Shown: in pieces, positions 1 through 12,699 of the stretch
Layout of the letters: every line of letters starts with the position of its first letter
Numbering within the stretch: position 1 is the stretch's first letter
Assembly (NCBI GenBank): GCA_010093815.1
Contig: ML996570.1
DNA: 64,000 nucleotides
DNA from: Pseudovirgaria hyperparasitica
Lineage: Eukaryota
Reading direction: 5' to 3' (one strand)
Notes under the pieces: model-generated
What the model saw: the letters and a program-made list of their open reading frames with translations, nothing else
What the model was told of the DNA's origin: nothing
Database searches by the model: none
Program-made: the position numbers and the translations under genes

Positions 1-529
1 AAAGAGCTTAAAAACTCTGGCATTGTTTGATTCATCACGGAGTCTCGCAACTTACAATATGACTGCATCGCAACGGAACACAATGGCGTTATAGGCGTTT
101 GCATACCCCAGACTGTTAGGCCCAATGGACATGGTGTCACATTTTATAACTTGTCAATCATGCTTCCTGCTCAGCGGGATCAGCTCAGCATGCAATACAA
201 CGAGATTGTTTCAGCTCTCACTCTTTTGAAAGTCCTCTGGGCCAATATCCAGTGCTACCAATGTGACAAGTCAAGTACAGCGTCGCCATGACGAATGGAC
301 ATTCACGTATCATTTTTGAGATTCACTGACTTAGGTGCGTATCATGTCTTAGGAAATCGTAATCGATGACTTTCGGGTTCGACTGTTGGGTACTATCCAT
401 TCACCAAACTTCGACAAGAACGACTCAATCATTGTTACCATTACTGATATACGCGTAAGACGGACAAACCCGGGAAAAGAACAGTCTATTCGGAATGGAA
501 GCATGGCAGGGCAACGTCACGAATCCGTG

Positions 530-537
530 TCACGTGA
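530..537. promoter_or_regulatory. Palindromic E-box TCACGTGA upstream of MAF1 (bHLH-type site)
   Basis: TCACGTGA at 530-537, with GTCACG/GTGACG half-sites at 516 and 547, ~480 nt upstream of the MAF1 ATG. The binding factor cannot be determined from sequence. Confidence 0.3.
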
Positions 538-1008
538 GAGGTCGCTGTGACGAGTCGAATGGCTGATGGGTGCAGGAGGGCGGTTTGATTGGCTACGCAG
601 ACAGTTCAGCTGTCCACATCCACATCATCGCGCGACTTGACACTCACTCTACATCTTGCGATAACGACAGTCACTCTGTCAAACAGATCTTCTGACGATG
701 CCTTCCATCACCTTCGCCGCTTCCTGCTAGACTAGACGGTCTGGCTCGAACAGTATAGAGAGTCTGGTCCTGCACCCAGCCGAAGCCTTATCTCTACCGT
801 TGTACTTGCTCACACAGGAGACTCCCCGAGACCCGATACAGCCATCTCAACCGGCAAAGACCGACCTTGGTCAGCCTCAGCACAGTAATCCTGCAGTGAA
901 CGGCACGACATACCATTTATATACACAAAGCACGTTCATGTCACGGTCCTCAAACAAAACGTCACCGTCGCTCCATCAGATTAGTCTTCGCACAAAGACA
1001 AACACATT

Positions 1009-2190
1009 ATGAAGGTATGACCTCACCACGCTCATAAACGCGCAATGCGACAGCCAAATTAACTCTACCTGTCCACGCGGCAGTATCTTCCGCTACGTGA
1101 TTTTGAAGACGTGACGAGCGCACTCAACTTTACCACGCCTGACTGCCACGTTGTTGGAGGGTGCGACCTCTACACCACCAAGGCCGCTGGCTCGGACAAG
1201 AAGCTCTACAAGTCCATTGAAAACACGCTCGAGACACAACACGCCTCCCTGCTTCGTTTGTCTGCTTCCCTGTCCCCGCCGCAACAAGAGTCTCTTGCCG
1301 ATTCCCTCAATCTCTCGCGTTCTTCACCATTCGGCCCGCTCTCACAGATATCCTCTCGCCGTACCTTCGCATACCTGATAGCAACACTCAATGCATCCCA
1401 CCCAGATTACGATTTCTCGCATGTTTTGCGCCCGGCAGACTTCCGGCGCGAGCGCTCTCTCCGCGGCGTAATGCACACCCTCGACACAACACTATCAAAT
1501 CTCAGGCCCTCCACACTTGTGAGCTCGCCTTCGTCATGGTCGTCCGGACCTATACCCTCAGGCCTTCGCACACCTGGAGGTAGTACAACGTGGGGCCCAC
1601 GAATGTGGCGTCTGATCGATGCTGAGATGGACTTGCGCAAATGTAGCGTATACGCGTACGCGCCTGAGGAAGATCCGTTCGACGGCGACGAGGGTGCAGT
1701 GTGGCGCATGGACTATTTTTTCTTCAATAAAGAACGAAAGAGAGTGTGCTACATGTATCTGCGCGGACTAAGCGTCATCAGCCATTCACCGGTGTTGCGG
1801 CCGATGGGCACTCCGAAGCGCACGCGCAGTGGCATGGGAGGAATGTCAGAGCCTACGACACCGATGACAAGTGGCGCGCGCAAGCGAGCGCGGTATTGGT
1901 TGGGTGAGCGGGCTGATGGGGATGATGTTGAGGGCGGATGGGGCGAGGACGATGAGGATGCTGGGATAATAGCTGAACCAGGCGACGATGAGGTCGATGT
2001 CGATGATATAACGTTGGATCTACGTGACGTAGAGGTGGAGAGGAGAAGAGCCATGTCCATGGCCGTGAGCTCAGACGAGGAAGAAGATGCTGAGGACGAA
2101 GATGAGGAGGACGATCTAGACGTGGTGAGACAGGAGCAGAAGCAGCACAGGGCAATGAGCGAGACGATGGCTGATGAGATGGAGTTCTGA
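1009..2190 (+). CDS. MAF1: RNA polymerase III repressor Maf1
   Basis: Exon1 ATGAAG 1009-1014, intron 1015-1083 (GTATGA...CAG), exon2 in frame with ORF 1111..2190, giving MKYLPLRDFEDVTSALNF. Maf1 motifs GGCDLYTTKAAGSDKKLYK, YLIATLNASHPDYDFS and YFFFNKERKRV; acidic tail. Confidence 0.95.
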
Positions 2191-2715
2191 TTGAGCTTCT
2201 ATGTTGGTACTCGTGCAGCGCCTTTGCTCTGTTTCTCGATATCTACTGAAGATGTCGACGACCAAGTACGACTCACGGTATATGCCGCATCTGTTTCGGC
2301 AAACACTTTCCTTTCCTTTTCCTTCCATTCATTGTCCAGGGCGTTGTTCGATTGGCCCGGTGGGAGCGGTGCCAACAGCAAACGATACCCTTTTCCTGTT
2401 TCCTTTCTCGTGTTGTATTTCTGACGGTTCCTGGGTGGTACACGAATGAAGGTCCCCATACTTCATGATAATGCGCGAGGCTTTTAATGACTGGCGTATG
2501 TTGCGGGTGTTTTCGGTTGTTTACCTTTCAATTGCTTACACGCGCGACTGGCTCCTCAAGGAGGAAGAGAACAGCTGTTTGGCACACAGCCGTTTGGTTG
2601 AGCCAGTATTTCCATATGTCCGTACGAATATGAACCATTTGATGACCACCTGCGTGACCGCGTGTCCTGCGATCCACCACTCTGTGTCCGAGGATCACAT
2701 TGTATGGGTGCTCTT

Positions 2716-3618
2716 TCACCCAAGCATACTCTTTTTGCGTCCCCTCATCCGCACATCCTCCAACCGCCTCAGCACAGCCTTTGCATCGCTATAGCCCTTG
2801 AGAGTTGCATACGCCTCCAGAACGATCTTAAACAACGGCTCCGCGATCGGATGCGTGGCGGCGAAGGCCCTCTCGAGCACGTACAGATCCACCGCTCGGT
2901 CTTCGTGCTGGATGGACGATTGCGCGAGGCCAAAGTCGATCAAGACTATTGGTGCGTCGAGCGGTGGTTTGCCCTCTTCAACAACAGCCCCAGTATCAGT
3001 CGCGTGCGCCGATGTTGAGTCCGGTGGTGCGTCCTGCGAGCGCAGCATGATATTCGATGTGGTGAGATCGCCATGCACACAGCCCGCGCGATGCAATTTC
3101 GCAATCTCGAGACCGACACGTCGGAGCATGGCGTCTATTTTCCCATCTTGCTCTTTTCCCTCCTCCTCCTCCTCTTCTTGTTTGCCCTCCCTCTCCCTCT
3201 CCCTCTCCCCTCCCTCCTCTCCCACCCACCCTCGCTCTCCCCTCTTCCCCTCCTCCCAACCTCTCAGAACCCGCCTGACCGTCCACGACCCCACATCCTC
3301 CAACACAAGCCAGCCTGCATCCCAATCCGCAGCGCGCACGCCCGGCACACAGATGCCTGCGCGCGCGGCCTTGAGCAGCATGCGGGCCTCGGACAGCAGG
3401 CGGAAGCGCGAGAGGCGGGCGTCGAGGATGGGGTGGCGGTATGGTTTGGCCGGGCGGTGTTTGAGGATTGCGGGTTGGGATGGGGTTGGGTGGGTTGTGC
3501 GGTAGACGAGGGCTTCGGCACCTTGGGTGAGGAGGGTTGTGGTTGTGCTGGTTGAGAAGGGTGGTGGGAGGCGTTGATGTGGGGTTGGGGTGTGTTGGGT
3601 GGGATTGAGGGGTGGCAT
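2716..3618 (-). CDS. BUD32: EKC/KEOPS complex kinase Bud32
   Basis: QGAEA, KPYRHPILD, HGDLTTSN, LIDFGL, EDRAVDLYVLERA and C-terminal RMRGRKKSMLG are characteristic of Bud32/PRPK. Confidence 0.95.
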   Translation of the reverse strand: MPPLNPTQHTPTPHQRLPPPFSTSTTTTLLTQGAEALVYRTTHPTPSQPAILKHRPAKPYRHPILDARLSRFRLLSEARMLLKAARAGICVPGVRAADWDAGWLVLEDVGSWTVRRVLRGWEEGKRGERGWVGEEGGEREREREGKQEEEEEEGKEQDGKIDAMLRRVGLEIAKLHRAGCVHGDLTTSNIMLRSQDAPPDSTSAHATDTGAVVEEGKPPLDAPIVLIDFGLAQSSIQHEDRAVDLYVLERAFAATHPIAEPLFKIVLEAYATLKGYSDAKAVLRRLEDVRMRGRKKSMLG

Positions 3619-5968
3619 TGTGGGTTGGGAGGAGAATGTGTTTTGTGGGTGTTGGTTTTATGAGAGAGTGGTGTTATGTGGGTTATTTTGATGTTTTGCT
3701 GGTGAGGTTGTCGGACTTTTTCTGGAGGGTTGATTTGAGGCTTGGTGGGGTGGTTTGGAAGCTTCCAAGGTCGGATGTGGGGTAAGTTTTGTGTGTATTG
3801 GTGAAGTAGCTAGGTATGATCGATATTAGACAATGTTTATGTATTGAAGAAGAGCGAGTGTAGTTATGCGATTGCTGCGATTGCATACAAACATGGTGGC
3901 ATTTTCCAATTTAATTACGTTTATTGATGAGAAGTCTCAAGATATACACCATATATGCGAGAGCCACGATGTATATTTCTCTGCTCACCCACTAAGCAAT
4001 TTTCAGAGTTATAGAGTCGTCAAGTAGAGATTATCTCTATTTTTACTTGATGATAGTTTCGATAACTAGAATAGTGCTTTCTACGTGGTCGATATGACTA
4101 GGTGTTTCAATGTAGTAACGTAGGTTGTCATGACCTCCATTCTCATTGTTACAAGAAGCACCAAGCATAAAGACAGTTCATGTATGTAGGTATGGAATAG
4201 CTCATACGGTCAAAAGGTATGCCATGCCCTGTTTCGAGACCCTATGAGACTGGGTGCATGGTCAACGCGTGAGCGATGTCATCATCTCTCGTACGCTGCA
4301 CTTGGCAAAGAAGCAAACAGAGTATCTATTTTAGTCTATAATACTTAGGCTAAAATAAGCTCTAGAAGAGCCAAGGGAGACTGCCGAGGCCATGCACGTA
4401 GGATGATAGGACATGTCCTAGATGTTAGAGACTGAAGATATACCGATATAGATGTGAGTGGATCACCAGCGAATCGTGCTTGCGGTCTTAGCGAACATCG
4501 ACCAGGTTTGTGACCAGTAGTGGTGTATGTACCTAAGCAAGCTGCAGTGTTAATGTAGTCCATCTGTCATCGTCAAACAGCAACATCATAAAGTGGAATA
4601 GGGAATTAAGGAGGATGAAACCAAGGCTGAAGCTGAAACAAGCCAGGGACAAATGTCTGTCTGCGTCTTCGCTTGCACCGGGGGGTTAGCCTCTATTTTG
4701 CTACGTCCTTAGGGCAGTCTAGCCTATTTCCAAGGGGGGCTCTGCGTCTGCTTTGGGGTCTGCACGAAATGGATTGCCCCACCCAGGTTGTCCAGGTCCC
4801 AAAGAATGCATCAGCATCATCCTGTCGGCAGGAATGATAACAGATGCGAGCAAGAGAAAGCGATAAAATTACAAGCAAACCGTGACGACGGTGTCAGTGT
4901 AGCCATGTCAGATGTTGTTGGCGCTCCGAAGCCTGTGAAGGATTGTCCTTACGACATTTATTTATTTATAAGTGATCGGCTGAAGGTCTCTCTTCCTGCG
5001 TAGCGGGGCTGTACGCATATTGCCCAGAGCGCTGTTGCGTGGTCATCCATTGCCGCATGCTGGTTGGCTGTTCTGCTAGAAAGGAACCGATGGGTTGGGC
5101 GGTTATGCAGCTCGACGCGGGCATCGCTCCGCATAGCACCGATTATCACGCTCTCCACTCTGGCATGTAGAGGCTCGTGTGGTACAGATGATGAGCTGGT
5201 ATGATGCGACAGGATTCGCGTGTCTGATGCATTTGGATCAAGAGTTTCAGAGCAGGCGGGGGACATCGGACGCATCTATCCGATAGCAAGGGGCATGTAA
5301 CAGCGACAGGCCACATCTACAGCATCCGAACAAGTCTCCGGTCGACCCCGTTAAAGGGGCGAGCAGGAGAAGAGTCCAAGAGTCATCTGGTAACGACTTC
5401 TCTCCCAGAGTCGGTGTTGTCGGGATGTTCCCAGCCATTACTGCATTGCGTTTTTAAGAAAGTGGATCGAGTGGTGAAAGGCTCCGAGTGGTGAGGAGCG
5501 TACAACGGAGGAGGTCGGTGCCGGCATCGCGCTTAGTTGTATCATTCACAACGATCCAGCCATATCACAATTCATGGACGTCAAGTCATAAGATATTATC
5601 ATGTATAACAAACATGTCGATCGAGTGAACAGGATGCGGCTGCGGGGTATGGATATCGATACACCGACGCCACTATGAATGCTAGCGGGTAGAGCGGGCG
5701 TCCAATGTGAAGAAAAGTGAATGGCCTGTTCGTGTTATCGGCCACAAATTACGGTCAGATGCTTTGTTACTTTATTGCTGGAGAGGTTGAAAGATTGAGA
5801 TAGAGAGAGTGATTGGGCAGCGAGGCCTGGGAACGTTTTCTTGTAGGCGATCCCTTACTGGGCGGTTGAGGAAGGCTAGCGGTATCTAATAGCGGCCCCT
5901 GCCTGGGGTCTTTGACAGTCTAACAGTCAGGAAGGACACCCACCCCCCCGCATACTCATCACACAGGC

Positions 5969-6060
5969 CAGACCGCAGACCACCACCACCACCACCAAGA
6001 CGACCACGACAGACCACCGCATACCACAGACCGCAGACCGCAGTCCACAGACCACAGAGC
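5969..6060 (+). repeat. Degenerate CAGACC(G/A)/CCA low-complexity repeat
   Basis: Repeated cagaccg/cagacca units and a (CCA)n run, followed by CA-rich and then CT-rich tracts to ~6350. Confidence 0.6.
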
Positions 6061-7031
6061 CGCCCCCGTCAACGCACAGCACTGCGCGCGCACACACACT
6101 CACTTCACGCTCACACTCAACTCACCGAGCAACTCACAGCACCAGCACAGTCGCCGCGCTCCCACCACCCTTGCTTTCTTCTCTTTCTCCGCCCCCTTCT
6201 TCCTCCTCTTCCTCTTCTTCTTCTCCTCCCCCATCCATTCTTCACCTCCTCGTCGTCCTTGAACCTTCTCTCCTCCATCCACGCCCATTTGGTCCTTCTC
6301 TCAATACCTTTACCCTCTCTCTCTCGCCCACTCCGCTGTTTTCTTTCTTCGCAATCGTCGGTGCTCCAGCATTTATACAAACTTTCGCCCTGCCTAATTC
6401 CTCTTCGACGTGCTATCCGAGCTCGGCTTGCATCGACGCTCCTTGTCTTCATCTTTCCTCCAGTTCTGTCACGTACACAGCACCGGCTCTCTGCTCGTAC
6501 GCATCATCCTCTTCGAGCTCATCCTAGACTGCTATCTGCAATCTCCGCCCGCGCTACCTTCGCATTTCGACCATCAGCTTTGGCGTGCCTTCGCTCAGTC
6601 CCACCATCGCCGCTTTGCCAGTCACTGTGGCATCGTCGAACCTCTTCATACATCACCTCGCTCACCTCACGCTGTTGCCTACCGCTCGAGACCTTGGTTA
6701 CCCGTGAATTGGTACCTCGCAGCTCTTCGATACCCCGCACGCACATTTGCTGTCTCTCTCAACGCCAGTATACTCGTTTAAAATTTTCGACCTATCCTAC
6801 CTAATCACCTAATTTTGCTTCTCCTCATTCTACATCAACTTTCGGCACCTTGATCGTGTGCCTCTCCATATTTGGACACCTCAGAGTTCCATCGCCATTC
6901 CTTGTAAAATTCCGCTTCTGCGCCAGACATCAATTTTCCACACTGCTACATATTCGTCGAATCATCTCTCGCCGACCTAGGCCATCACAGCTTCAATTAC
7001 AATACCAAGTCACTCCTGTACATCTACTATC

Positions 7032-8633
7032 ATGAGCATGGACGCAGGCGGTCTCGCTCAGATGACCTACAACAACTTCAACAACGCCGGCTTGGGAATG
7101 CCAGGTGCTGGCTTTGCTTCCCGTGGTAAAGGCTCCCAGCTCAAGCGCCTCAGTGTTGCATCTCCTCCCAAGGTAGCTTCCATCAGTGAGACGCAAGAGT
7201 CTGTGCCTACCCCTAGGACCAGTCGCTCCCATCTTCTCGCCGGTCTTCGCACTGCCCCAAAGACCCCAACTGGCCCTGTCCCAGCCTCTGCGCCTTACAA
7301 CCAAGCTCAGCACCGTGGCTACAACGATCAATACAGGGGCTACGGACAAGCGATGCCACAAACCGCCACAGGTGCAACCTTTGGCAGTAATGGTTACGGG
7401 CAGCAATACGGCATGAGCGCCCAGCAGCAGGTTTATTCACTCCCGGAGCAAGTGCTTGCACCTCCAACCATGCAGTACGCCCAAGACGAGCAAACTGACC
7501 CAAACTTCCTCGCTCAATTGATGGCCACCGAACTTTTCTTGGAGGAGCGCCGGAAACAGCTCCAGCGTCAGCTTTTGAGCTTGACGAACCAGGGTCTCCC
7601 AGTGGACGACCATGCCAGCTATGGTCAGCAATATTTGAACCCTACCATGGGCCAGCAGATGAGCTATCAGCAGCAACAATTTCTTGCACAGCAGCAGCAG
7701 CAGGCCATGAACGCTGTGCAGGTTGCCTTTAACCCACTTACTGGCCAGTACCAGTACGTTGTGGACCCAAGTATGCAGACTCAGCTTGCCAGTTCACCAC
7801 CTCCACCAACTCCGAGCTACACTTCGTCGCCTCCCAAAACACACACTCCAACTTTCCGTGCTGAAGTGACACCACCTGACGAGAAGGTCAATCCATTCGC
7901 TCGCTCCTCTTCTCCTCCGAAGAAGTCGCCGTCTCCTCAAGCTGATGTCACTCCCCTTCCACCACCATCTGCCAACGCTTTTCGCCGTGGACATCATAAG
8001 AAAGTATCCTCCCTCGCATTGAACAGCTCCGCCGATGTTGTTGATGGTCCGCGATCTGCTATCACCCGCCCAGTCGGATTTCCGCAGACTCCCCAAACTG
8101 GTACTTTTGGACCTGGTCAAGCTCGTGCCGGCGAACACCCGGTTCGTCAACCTCGGGGCCCACCATCAATCGAAGAGCTCAGGGCTGCGCCGACTACAAA
8201 GCACGAAGGCAGTAAGAACTTTGCCACGCGTCAACGTCGTCACGCCGTCAAGAATCTTGTGCGCGCTGGTATTGAGCGTCGTGGAGTGCGCTCTGGAAGC
8301 CCTGGCAGCATGACTCCAGTCAGCGAGACTGACATGTCATACGATTCCGACAGTGCTCGCAGTGGGAGTCTTTCCGGTAAGCCCAGCATTGGGAGTCTTC
8401 GAGCTGCTGCGAACGGAGCCATTGGTTCCGAGCGCAAGGAGTTGGCTAGAAATCGAAGCAGTGCCGATAACGTCTGCTATGCCAACAGCGTCAGCAGTGA
8501 CGAGGGCACCAATGTTGGAGGTAAACTTGTGGAGGTGAAGGTTGAAGACGATAAGCCTGTAACCGACCGTCGCAGCATGATGCCTCGCCTCGTCCTGACC
8601 AGTGCCGAGAAACGCAAGAGCAACATGTGCTAG
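7032..8633 (+). CDS. Conserved-looking Pro/Ser/Gln-rich, largely disordered hypothetical protein (533 aa)
   Basis: Single long ORF with coding-like composition and polyQ; motif blocks SRSHLLAGLRTAPK, NAFRRGHHKKVSSL and HPVRQPRGPP...GSKNFATRQRR. Confidence 0.85.
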   Translation: MSMDAGGLAQMTYNNFNNAGLGMPGAGFASRGKGSQLKRLSVASPPKVASISETQESVPTPRTSRSHLLAGLRTAPKTPTGPVPASAPYNQAQHRGYNDQYRGYGQAMPQTATGATFGSNGYGQQYGMSAQQQVYSLPEQVLAPPTMQYAQDEQTDPNFLAQLMATELFLEERRKQLQRQLLSLTNQGLPVDDHASYGQQYLNPTMGQQMSYQQQQFLAQQQQQAMNAVQVAFNPLTGQYQYVVDPSMQTQLASSPPPPTPSYTSSPPKTHTPTFRAEVTPPDEKVNPFARSSSPPKKSPSPQADVTPLPPPSANAFRRGHHKKVSSLALNSSADVVDGPRSAITRPVGFPQTPQTGTFGPGQARAGEHPVRQPRGPPSIEELRAAPTTKHEGSKNFATRQRRHAVKNLVRAGIERRGVRSGSPGSMTPVSETDMSYDSDSARSGSLSGKPSIGSLRAAANGAIGSERKELARNRSSADNVCYANSVSSDEGTNVGGKLVEVKVEDDKPVTDRRSMMPRLVLTSAEKRKSNMC

Positions 8634-10584
8634 ATGGAATACATGAAATGGTCCTTCACAAAAAAACCCGCGTGCTCATAGACTTTCGGTAGATCCAGAG
8701 TTTATTCGAGGTGCGCATGTCTCGACACACGCCTATGCCGTTCGATGCACAGACATTTACAACGGCCTTATTCATGAATCTCCTTTTAGTTCGTTCTTAA
8801 GAGCTGAATTGTACTTGCAAAACTGGCTTTTCTCTGCTTTTTCTACTCTATTGCATGATCGCGGACGACAGTTCCGTGTCATATTCAACTCTACTCACCG
8901 GCAGCTTCATGCGCCTCTATCTTTTCTCTTCGTAGGACCACGTCCTCCTATTACTCCGCCTTTTTTTAACGTGACTCTGTTTTATGAGTACCTATGCTGC
9001 ATGGCGGACTGTTTACATCGGATCGAAAAGAGACAATGAAAGGGGTGGCGAAACTGCTAAAGATGGTGTCTGTTTTGCGGCTGCTATGCCTGTCCTCTCG
9101 GGGTTATGGATGGAGGCTTTTTACTTCTTGTCACTCGTTCAAATGGCATATATTACTTTGCAGGTTTTGCGAAAGGAAAGCAGGATTGGGCATGGCACGT
9201 TGAAGTGGTTGTTATACTGAAGGGGAAAGTTTGCGCTGCACGGACAATGAGTATGGCCTTGTGCGTGCGTGCGTTAGTTAGACTTTCAAGCGTACTAGAG
9301 GATGGAAATTATATACATCCATGGAATTGAAAAAAAAATTTATCCACTCGTTTGAGAACAATTGTTATCACCCTAGTCTCGCCGCCGTGTGTGTATTAGT
9401 GTCGTTGTTCTACCCTCGTCCAGTATCTGTCTTGAAGACCAACGGTAACATTACAAGTGTGCGAGAGTGACGCAAGGGAATGCTTTCTGTCATTGTATTA
9501 GAAGGACCTAAAGGAACAGGACTAGTAGATTGGAAAGGGTATATATGTATATGTTTTATTTTTCTTCGTTTTTGTGGTAAAAAGATGGATAAAGGTTGAT
9601 AACCTATCGACCCCCAAAACACGCAGCCTAACAATGACTTATATATATAGTTAATAAGTCAAATCATGAAGAAGAAGAAGAGAAGAAGAAGAAGTTTGAC
9701 ACATCATGTCTGTATCATGCATGTATCATGGTATGTACGTGTAAATATATATAATATAGTAACCGGAAGAGAGAGAATGTTATAAGAGTTTGATTAGGGA
9801 GAAGAATTATTATAAATTCCAACCCTCCCCGTCCCCTGCCAAGGCCCCCCTTCCCCCTCAGTATGGCCGAGAATTAGGTTGTTGATGTTTATTTATTTGA
9901 TTCTATTTCTTTTATTTGCTTTTGAGAGTCTTTGGTCGTTGAGATCTATTATAGTGATGTTGATATAATGTGTGTGGCCTCGGGGTGGACATGCGTTGTT
10001 GTTTCGTCGATACCTATAGTTGTTGCATTCTCCGTCATGTATGGATGCTGTTCGAATGCGAAAGGGTGAACTTTTGTGAAGGTGGGAATGCTGCTGCTGC
10101 TGCTGTATCGTCTAATACGCACATGCTGTGAGAGAAAAAAGGTTCCGCCCAAAGAATCTTGAAACAAGAAAACTGGCAGACAAATTTTGTGTGAAGATTA
10201 AAGAAGATACGCGTGCAACTCCAAGGATGAACGCAAGTCGGGGAGATGAAGGTCAGTCACTTTTATAAGGTTAATTGGCCAAGCATTTTCTGAACCGTTA
10301 ACGTAGAATTTGTTGGTGTCGTCCCATGGCTGTTCTGCGATTTGGAAACTGGATGGAAGTAGCATATAGGCTTACGTAGTGATAATGACGATGATGATGA
10401 AGACCGGAGAAGCTGGATAGCAGTGTTTCGGACAAGGAGCGTAGGTATTCTTCAGCGTCGCTCTGGCGAACGTGATCGTCCGCGGCTAATGCCAGGCCTG
10501 AACATGCGCTGCTCGCGATCGTAAGATTCAGCCGACCCGACGTGAATGAAACGTCCATCTACGCCATATAGTAAGCACATGAAA

Positions 10585-12244
10585 CTACTCGTACCCCAAA
10601 ATCATTCGGTTTGCACTCTTACCCAGGCCCAGAGCAGCGGCATCAAGCTTGACTACGAAGCTTGCCAAGATGTCTCCCTTCTGTCCGCGTCCATTGACGA
10701 CGGTGACATTATGCCTGGTCGAGGCCTGTTCAAAGTCGGCCAGAAGCAACTCTGCGTGCTCGAACTTGAAGTCGCGGTTGCGCCGCTGGTACGATCCTGG
10801 AGGTCCGTTAATCAGTGTTCCGTATCCATCACTCTGAGCAACTAGGATTCGGTCGTTAACAATGAACTCGTGGAATTTTCGAAGATATGCTGCGTCAGAG
10901 GTCTGCTGTGCGACTACTGCAGGCTTAACCAGTGATTTTGTTGATGCTGAGGGGCTCGTCGGAATAGGTAAGTCTCTTGCCTTACTTGGTGCCGGCGATA
11001 GAGCTGAATCGAGGAACAGGTTTGCCTGAGCTTGTGAAGTGGTCTTTAATACCATGTCTAGAAGAAGGTGCCCTGCGGAATCTTCATTTATAGAAGACTG
11101 GAGGATATGGCGTATAGCAGGTGTACTAATTAGCTCATCTGCATGTTTATGGGTTGCGTCTGTAATGAAATCAATCATCTCAACGTCCTTGTTCTTAGAC
11201 GCAATCTCATAAATGCGTTCCAGTAGAGCAATAACCTCTTCTTTATAGATCGGATAGCCTGTGCGTATGTTCTTCGAAGAATAGATGCGAATCTCGTCAT
11301 ATTTGATAAGTGACGCGTGCTTGTACATGGACAATTCGGAGTAGAAAAGCGATAGCGTTTCCTCGGTGCTCCTCTTTGACTCGAGACCTCTTACCGGCCA
11401 GTCGAGTGGCGTGTCCTTAGGACCGACTACTTGAAGCTGTATTCGTGGGCCAAATGGAACATAGGACTTGCGTTCCAGGAATTGCTTTAGTCGAGTTGCC
11501 GTATGTCCAAAGTTAGAGCCCATGTCAACGATCTTTCGGTCACCTTGTGTCATACACTCTCCTAGCTTCGTCAGCTCCTCGAGGGAATGCCGTGGCATGA
11601 GACAAGTAAGTCGGGACTGGATGATGTCCTCCTCTTGAGTATTTGGATTACTGAAGAGAATGGTAACAACCTCCTTCTTGATTCTATACCACATCTTAGC
11701 ATGAGCTTCAGACCGAGCTGCCTTTCGTACAGAAGCGGCATGGGTTAAATCAGAACAGGAAGACATACGAATTGGTTCGGGTCAAACCTGCTGATGAGGC
11801 AGGTGAAAGTGCATTGGGGATATCAGGGACCTTGGAGTCATTGCTGGGTGTGCCATTGCTATTTCCACGGACAATATGACCACTGTTAGACGAACACAAT
11901 GACGTGTTGGCCTCATCTCGTCCCGGCACATTGGGCTTGGAAGTTGTGGATGGGCATTCTCCATAGCCTATACCTGAGTCTTTGCGCCCCAAGGAAGACG
12001 TAGCAAGATCATCCTTCGCGGTGCGATGCGTGTTGTCGACCTTTACCGTTATCAAACTATGCCTGCTTGAGACATCGTCCACTTGAGGAGACGCCATAGG
12101 AGCTGTTGATTGAGATCGCGATCTCAGGAAATTGCGTACTTGCGTATCTAAATTGAGGGAAGATGGTCTATTTACTGGTAAAGTCGCAGGGAACTGTTGA
12201 GAGGAAGATTGCCCAAGTGATCGTGGTGAGCGTTGGTTGTTCAT
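10585..12244 (-). CDS. Hypothetical protein (~524 aa, 2 exons)
   Basis: ORFs 11750..12244 and 10585..11766 join in frame through intron 11768-11684 (GTATGT donor, GCTAAG branch-like, TAG acceptor). No recognisable domain. Confidence 0.65.
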
Positions 12245-12699
12245 CTATGTTGAGGCGCTAATAGGTTGTGAAGGTCAAGCTAGACTATGTGAACTTGATG
12301 GATGAATGTTCTCGAAGTTGAGAAGCGAAGTGCGTAAGGGAGAAGACAGGCTGTGCACTCGATTTAATTGCGATGAGGAAGAGTGCCTTAAAAGTCGGTG
12401 TAATAGAATTTAGCAGAGCGGCTCCGCCTCTTTCATATATTTTCGCGTTTGTGTCGTGACCTACTCGCAGTGGCCAGGTTTGCGGTGTATTTCAGGTCGC
12501 AAGCTATTAGCCGTAAGGCGGCGAATTTGTCAGTCACTGCTGCAGCTGTTGCTTTGTTCTCGCAAGAGCCGACACTGGACGGCAGCTGAGATGAGGTCAA
12601 GGAATTGTCCCTTGACAGAAAGCGAGCTCACAAAAATTGGAGGTCTTGTTGAGCTCAGCTCGCAAGCGAGAAAGGGGTACCTAACGCATCGATTCTGTA

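Noticed and set aside
1009..3618. MAF1-BUD32 adjacency as a tRNA-metabolism cluster
   Set aside because: Convergent housekeeping genes with no shared promoter; adjacency alone is not evidence.
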